A DNA stretch of 53,879 bases from Burkholderiaceae bacterium (GTDB lineage Bacteria; Pseudomonadota; Gammaproteobacteria; Burkholderiales; Burkholderiaceae_F), in the NCBI GenBank assembly GCA_035255845.1, contig DATEZE010000224.1:1-53879 (forward strand), given 5' to 3'. The notes under the pieces were generated by a model. That model was not told the DNA's origin. It made no database searches and saw only the letters and a program-made list of their open reading frames with translations. Position 1 is the stretch's first letter, and every line of letters begins with the position of its first letter. Positions 49,433-53,879 of the stretch are shown one piece after another. Position numbers and translations under genes: made by a program.

Positions 49433-49900
49433 TCAGCGGCCCAGCGCCGCCACGACGTCGGGCGGCGCCTGCACAAGTTCGATCAGAACGCCCTCGCCGC
49501 AGAGCGGGGCCGTCTCGTTGCCCTTCGGGTGGATGAAGCACACGTCGTAGCCGGCGGCGCCCTTGCGGATGCCGCCGGGCGTAAAGCGCATCCCTCGTGC
49601 CGTCAGCCAATTCACCGCCGCCGCGAGGTCATCCACCCAGAGTCCGAGGTGATTGAGCGCGGGATCGTGCACGGCCGGCTTCTTCGCCGCGTCGATCGGT
49701 TGCATCAGGTCGACTTCGACCCTGGCGGGCCCGTCGCCGAGCGCCAGGATGTCCTCGTCGACATTCTCCCGCTCGCTCCGGTAGCTGCCCACGGACGGTA
49801 CGCCCAGCGTATCCACCCAAAGGCCGCGCAACCGCGCCTTGTCCTGTCCTCCGATGGCCACCTGCTGGATGCCGAGGATGCGGAACGGACGTTCGTTCAT
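49433..49900 (-). CDS. VOC/glyoxalase-fold protein, methylmalonyl-CoA epimerase-like
   Basis: 155 aa. VOC-fold pattern ([10 protein letters not shown]...[15 protein letters not shown]...IELVQ). Its placement next to pccA and the mutase genes fits an epimerase role. Confidence 0.7.
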   Translation of the reverse strand: MNERPFRILGIQQVAIGGQDKARLRGLWVDTLGVPSVGSYRSERENVDEDILALGDGPARVEVDLMQPIDAAKKPAVHDPALNHLGLWVDDLAAAVNWLTARGMRFTPGGIRKGAAGYDVCFIHPKGNETAPLCGEGVLIELVQAPPDVVAALGR

Positions 49901-49928
49901 GCAAATTTCCCGTCTGTTTCCGCGCGGC

Positions 49929-50906
49929 TCAGTCCAGCTTGGCGCCGGACGCCTTGGTCACCTGGGCCCAGCGCTTGATTTCGCCGTTGAGGAACTTCGC
50001 GAAGTCCTGCGGGCTCATCGTCGTCACCTCGGACCCATTGCTGGCCCAGATCTCCTTCAGTTCCGGAGTGTTCAGCGCCTTCACGACTTCGACGTGCATC
50101 CGATCGAGGATCGGCTGTGGCGTGCCTTTCACGCCCCACAGCGCATACCAGGTCGACACGTTGTAGTCCGGCATGCCCTGCTCTGCCGCGGTCGGAAGAT
50201 TCGGAAATGCACTCGAGCGTTTCGGCGCAGCGACGGCGAGCGCCTTGATGCGTCCTGCACGAATATGCTGGGCCGAGGAACCGAGCCCGTCGAACATCAT
50301 GTCGATGTTGCCGGCGACCAGGTCCTGCAGCGCCGGGCCGGCACCACGGTACGGGATATGCACGATGAAGGTCTGCGACTGCTGCTTGAAGAGCTCGCCG
50401 GCGAGGTGGTGCGAGGTGCCGTTGCCGGCAGAGCCAAAATTGAGCGTGCCGGGCGTCTTGCGCAGCTGATCAAGCAGCTGTTTCAGGTTGTCCGCCTGGA
50501 CGCGACTGGCGTTGATGACGATGACCTGCGGCGGATTGGCAATCGTCGTCAGCGGAATCAGGTCCTTTTCGATGTCATAGTCGAGTTTCGGATAGAAGCT
50601 CGGTGCGATCGCGTGATGCACGGCGCCGACGAAGAAGGTGTAGCCGTCCGGTGCGGCTTTCGCAGCGATCGACGCGCCAACGGTACCGCCGGCACCGCCG
50701 CGGTTGTCAATGATCACCTGGCGGCCGAGCTGCTTCGACAGCTGCGCAGCCAGCGGGCGCGCGAAGGCATCGGTGCCGCCTCCTGGCGGAAAGGGCACGA
50801 CTAGCGTGATCGGCTTAGTCGGCCAGTTGGTCGTTTGTGCATGCGCCGACGCGGCGGCAACAACCGACACAGCCAGCACGGTCACCAGCAGGGAACGGAC
50901 TTGCAC
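49929..50906 (-). CDS. Bug-family (TctC-like) tripartite tricarboxylate transporter substrate-binding protein
   Basis: Signal peptide [49 protein letters not shown] is the hallmark Bug-family N-terminus. Confidence 0.85.
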   Translation of the reverse strand: MQVRSLLVTVLAVSVVAAASAHAQTTNWPTKPITLVVPFPPGGGTDAFARPLAAQLSKQLGRQVIIDNRGGAGGTVGASIAAKAAPDGYTFFVGAVHHAIAPSFYPKLDYDIEKDLIPLTTIANPPQVIVINASRVQADNLKQLLDQLRKTPGTLNFGSAGNGTSHHLAGELFKQQSQTFIVHIPYRGAGPALQDLVAGNIDMMFDGLGSSAQHIRAGRIKALAVAAPKRSSAFPNLPTAAEQGMPDYNVSTWYALWGVKGTPQPILDRMHVEVVKALNTPELKEIWASNGSEVTTMSPQDFAKFLNGEIKRWAQVTKASGAKLD

Positions 50907-50991
50907 GGAGGTCTCCTTCGCAACTGGGTGAAAGCGCTGCGCTCTGACGGTGCCTGCGCCACCGCGGTTTGCCGCGGCCGAACTTGTTACT

Positions 50992-51804
50992 TTAACGTCT
51001 TGCCGGCTGCGCGGGTGGCAGTCCCCGGCGCTGCAATATCACGAAGCAGACAGCGCCGATCAGCACCATCGGCACCGACAGCCACTGCCCGGCAGATAGT
51101 CCGAGCGGCATTGCGCCGTACAGCGCTTCGGGCTCGCGGAAGATCTCGCCGATGATGCGCAGCACACCATAGGCGATCAGAAACAAGCTGCCGACGGTCC
51201 CCGCGGGGCGCGGGCGCTTTGAGTAGAGCCACAGAATCGCGAAGAGCAGCAGCCCTTCAAGCGCGAACTGGTACAGCTGCGATGGATGCCGCGGCAGATC
51301 ATCGCCCGCCTGCGGAAAGATCATCGCCCAGGGCAGTGCGGGGTCCGTCACTCGCCCCCACAGTTCGCCGTTGATGAAGTTGCCGATGCGTCCGGCACCG
51401 AGGCCGAGCGGCACCAGCGGCACGACGAAGTCGGTCACACGTAAGAACGACTTGCCGCGGCTGCGCGCGAATGCCCACATCGCAACGATGACGCCGAGAA
51501 TGCCGCCGTGCGATGCCATGCCGCCCTTCCACACCGCGAAGATCTCGAGTGGATGCGTGAGGTAGTACGACAGCGGACCGTAGAAGATGACGTGGCCCAG
51601 GCGCCCGCCAACGATGACGCCGATCATTCCGTAGAACAGCAGATCGTCGACGTCCTGGACCGACATGTCGCGCCACGCGTCGCGCGAGCGCAACCGGCCG
51701 AGCAGCAGGAACAGCGCGAAGCCGATCAGATACATGAGCCCATACCAGCGGATGCTGATCGGGCCGAGTTGCAGGGCGACGGGATCGAAGTGATGGACAG
51801 GCAC
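50992..51804 (-). CDS. lgt: prolipoprotein diacylglyceryl transferase
   Basis: [34 protein letters not shown] and [16 protein letters not shown] are Lgt signatures. I prefer the GTG at 51804, which has an upstream GGAG. The ORF-track start at 51909 would abut ilvD. Confidence 0.9.
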   Translation of the reverse strand: MPVHHFDPVALQLGPISIRWYGLMYLIGFALFLLLGRLRSRDAWRDMSVQDVDDLLFYGMIGVIVGGRLGHVIFYGPLSYYLTHPLEIFAVWKGGMASHGGILGVIVAMWAFARSRGKSFLRVTDFVVPLVPLGLGAGRIGNFINGELWGRVTDPALPWAMIFPQAGDDLPRHPSQLYQFALEGLLLFAILWLYSKRPRPAGTVGSLFLIAYGVLRIIGEIFREPEALYGAMPLGLSAGQWLSVPMVLIGAVCFVILQRRGLPPAQPARR

Positions 51805-51907
51805 GCGTGGCTCCGGAGGCGAGTGGCTCGAAGGACGGCCGCTCAGGCGAAATGCTTGGCCTATTATTGCCCGTTCACCCGCCCGCATTTTCCTTTCGGC
51901 AGCCGCC

Positions 51908-53593
51908 ATGCCCTACAACGAACGCTCCAAGCATGTGACCGAGGGCGTCGCCCGTTCGGCCAACCGCGCGATGTACTACGCGATGGGCTACAAGGACGAA
52001 GACTTTGACAAGCCGATGATCGGCGTGGCCAACGGCCATTCGACGATCACGCCATGTAACTCGGGCCTGCAGAAGCTGGCCGACGCTGCGATCGAGGAGA
52101 TCGCAGGCTGCAAGGCCAACTCGCAGGTGTTCGGCACGCCGACCATTTCGGATGGCATCGGCATGGGCACCGAAGGCATGAAGTACTCGCTGGTGTCCCG
52201 CGAGTTGATCGCCGACTGCGTCGAGACCTGCGTCAACGGCCAATGGATGGATGGCGTCATCGTCATCGGCGGCTGCGACAAGAACATGCCCGGCGGAATG
52301 ATGGGCATCGCGCGCTGCAACGTGCCCGCGATCTACGTCTACGGCGGCACCGTGAAGCCGGGCCACTACAAGGGCAAGGACCTGACGATCGTCTCGGCGT
52401 TCGAGGCGGTCGGCGAGTTCACCGCCGGTCGCCTGAACGAAACCGACTTCAAGGAAATCGAGCGCCGCTGCATTCCGGGCTCGGGCTCATGCGGCGGCAT
52501 GTACACCGCGAATACGATGAGTTCGTCGTTCGAGGCGCTCGGCATGAGCCTGCTGTATTCGTCGACACAGGCGAATCCGGACGACGACAAGCTCGCGAGC
52601 ACGCGCGAGGCGGCGCGGGTGCTGGTCGAAGCTGTGAAGAAAAACCTGCGACCGAGCGACATCATCACACGCGAATCGATCGAGAATGCGGTAGCGCTGA
52701 TCATGGCGGTCGGCGGCAGCACCAACGCGGTGCTGCACTATCTGGCGATCGCGCACGCGGCCGGCATCCCGTGGACGATCGACGATTTCGAGCGCATCCG
52801 CCGCAAGGTGCCGGTGCTGTGCGACCTGAAGCCCTCGGGCAAGTACGTCGCGACCGACCTGCACCGCGCCGGCGGTATCCCGCAGGTGCTGAAGGTCCTG
52901 CTTGCCAACGGCTTGCTGCACGGCGATTGCATGACGATCACCGCCAGGACGCTGGGCACAATGCTCGAGGACGTCCCGGCCGAGCCGCGCAGCGACCAGG
53001 ACGTCATTCGCCCGTTTTCGAAGCCGCTGTACAAGCAGGGCCACCTCGCGATCCTGAAGGGCAACCTGTCGCCGGAAGGATGTGTGGCGAAGATCACCGG
53101 GCTGAAGAACCCATCAATCACCGGGCCGGCGCGCGTCTTCGACTCCGAGGACGCCGCGATGGAGGCGATCCTGGCCGACCACATCCGACCCGGCGATATT
53201 CTTGTAATCCGCTACGAGGGTCCGCAGGGCGGACCGGGCATGCGCGAGATGTTGTCGCCGACGTCGGCGCTGATTGGAAAGGGCCTCGGCGAAAGCGTCG
53301 GGCTCATTACCGACGGTAGGTTCTCTGGCGGCACTTGGGGCATGGTCGTCGGCCACGTCGCTCCTGAAGCCTACGTCGGCGGAACGATCGCACTGATCCG
53401 CGAGGGCGATTCGATCACGATCGACGCCCACAAGCTGCTGCTGCAACTCAACGTCGCCGACGACGAAATCGCGCGTCGACGCGCGGCATGGAAGCCACCG
53501 GCGCCGCGCTACACCAAGGGTGTGCTCGCCAAGTTCGCCAAGCTCGCCTCGACCGCAAGCAAAGGTGCGATCACGGACGAAAAGCTGTTCTAA
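51908..53593 (+). CDS. ilvD: dihydroxy-acid dehydratase
   Basis: 561 aa. [20 protein letters not shown] and [13 protein letters not shown] (Fe-S ligand region), plus TDGRFSGGT. Confidence 0.95.
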   Translation: MPYNERSKHVTEGVARSANRAMYYAMGYKDEDFDKPMIGVANGHSTITPCNSGLQKLADAAIEEIAGCKANSQVFGTPTISDGIGMGTEGMKYSLVSRELIADCVETCVNGQWMDGVIVIGGCDKNMPGGMMGIARCNVPAIYVYGGTVKPGHYKGKDLTIVSAFEAVGEFTAGRLNETDFKEIERRCIPGSGSCGGMYTANTMSSSFEALGMSLLYSSTQANPDDDKLASTREAARVLVEAVKKNLRPSDIITRESIENAVALIMAVGGSTNAVLHYLAIAHAAGIPWTIDDFERIRRKVPVLCDLKPSGKYVATDLHRAGGIPQVLKVLLANGLLHGDCMTITARTLGTMLEDVPAEPRSDQDVIRPFSKPLYKQGHLAILKGNLSPEGCVAKITGLKNPSITGPARVFDSEDAAMEAILADHIRPGDILVIRYEGPQGGPGMREMLSPTSALIGKGLGESVGLITDGRFSGGTWGMVVGHVAPEAYVGGTIALIREGDSITIDAHKLLLQLNVADDEIARRRAAWKPPAPRYTKGVLAKFAKLASTASKGAITDEKLF

Positions 53594-53608
53594 GCGTCGC
53601 TCGTGTAC

Positions 53609-53629
53609 GCGATCGGTGTAGCCGATCGC
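53609..53629 (+). terminator. hairpin just downstream of ilvD (possible terminator, no U-tract)
   Basis: GCGATCGG-TGTAG-CCGATCGC, an 8-bp perfect stem starting 16 nt after the ilvD stop. No T-run follows it. Confidence 0.3.
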
Positions 53630-53653
53630 ACGTGCACTCGCTCCGGAATAGTT

Positions 53654-53876
53654 AGTCGGCTGCGCTCCGGAGCGGCCGCGCGCTCTGCCGAACTTCAACG
53701 GGACAGCACCCACCCTGCCCTCCCGCCAAGCGGGATGGGATCGACACTCCTCCCTGCGCCCTCCTCGCCTGGCGAGGAGGGAAAGGTGAACTTGGCACTG
53801 CGAGGTGCACAGCGGGGTGGAGTGCCGGTCTTTACTCATCGGCGGAGCGCGCGGCCGCTCCGGAGCGCAGCCGACT
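53654..53876. repeat. 223-bp element bounded by 36-nt inverted repeats (35/36 match), MITE-like or structured RNA
   Basis: 53654-53689 (AGTCGGCTGCGCTCCGGAGCGGCCGCGCGCTCTGCC) is the reverse complement of 53841-53876 with a single mismatch. The 151-nt interior contains a nested 10-bp hairpin, CCCTCCTCGC-CTG-GCGAGGAGGG. The window ends 3 nt after the right arm. Confidence 0.6.
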
Positions 53877-53879
53877 GAT

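Noticed and set aside
53603-53878. 91-aa ORF running through the inverted-repeat element, and a retron call for that element
   Set aside because: The ORF is Arg/Ala/Ser/Gly-rich (arginine the most abundant residue, no aspartate-rich bias), has no RBS or motif, and its frame is dictated by palindromic DNA. A retron call needs an adjacent reverse transcriptase gene, which cannot be seen because the window ends at 53879. It is kept only as a possibility in the finding.

Overview
High-GC (judged by eye, not computed) betaproteobacterial-type chromosomal segment. It is almost entirely coding and mostly core housekeeping synteny. Gene order: thrB, uvrD, leuS-lptE-holA-proA, hemJ, an RNA methyltransferase, gpx, pilT-pilU, yggS-proC, ubiA, ugpBAEC, fur / bamE-dapB. 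Next comes a cobalamin uptake locus (exbB-exbD-btuF convergent with btuB-btuC-btuD), where the btuB operon has a clearly recognisable cobalamin riboswitch. This is followed by zapB-like/zapA, a probable 6S RNA, an EVE-domain gene, a CRP-family regulator and a complete B12-dependent propionyl-CoA to succinyl-CoA module (acyl-CoA ligase, methylmalonyl-CoA mutase, MeaB, PccB, PccA, epimerase). The window ends with a Bug-family binding protein, lgt and ilvD. I saw no rRNA, tRNA, CRISPR array, transposase or integrase. The many long ORFs antisense to these genes are high-GC artefacts. The one segment that looks accessory is about 11.9-17.6 kb. It is a co-directional three-gene cassette with codon usage that looks atypical for the window. 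Gene 1 is a class III nucleotidyl cyclase fused to TolB-N-like and TPR modules. Gene 2 is a soluble PAP2/vanadium-haloperoxidase-fold protein with an intact active site and an N-terminal (Met-Glu-Gly)n tract encoded by a 9-nt tandem repeat. Gene 3 is a 795-aa signal-less subtilase (S8) with an unassignable N-terminal domain and a Pro-rich linker. I cannot match this combination to any described signalling or defence system, so it is my best candidate for something new, but the functional link between the three genes is inference only. Smaller oddities are a 34-codon upstream ORF that mimics the N-terminus of pccA, a 36-nt inverted-repeat element (one mismatch) at the window's right edge, and an orphan ParA-like ATPase plus a small lipoprotein inside the B12 uptake locus.
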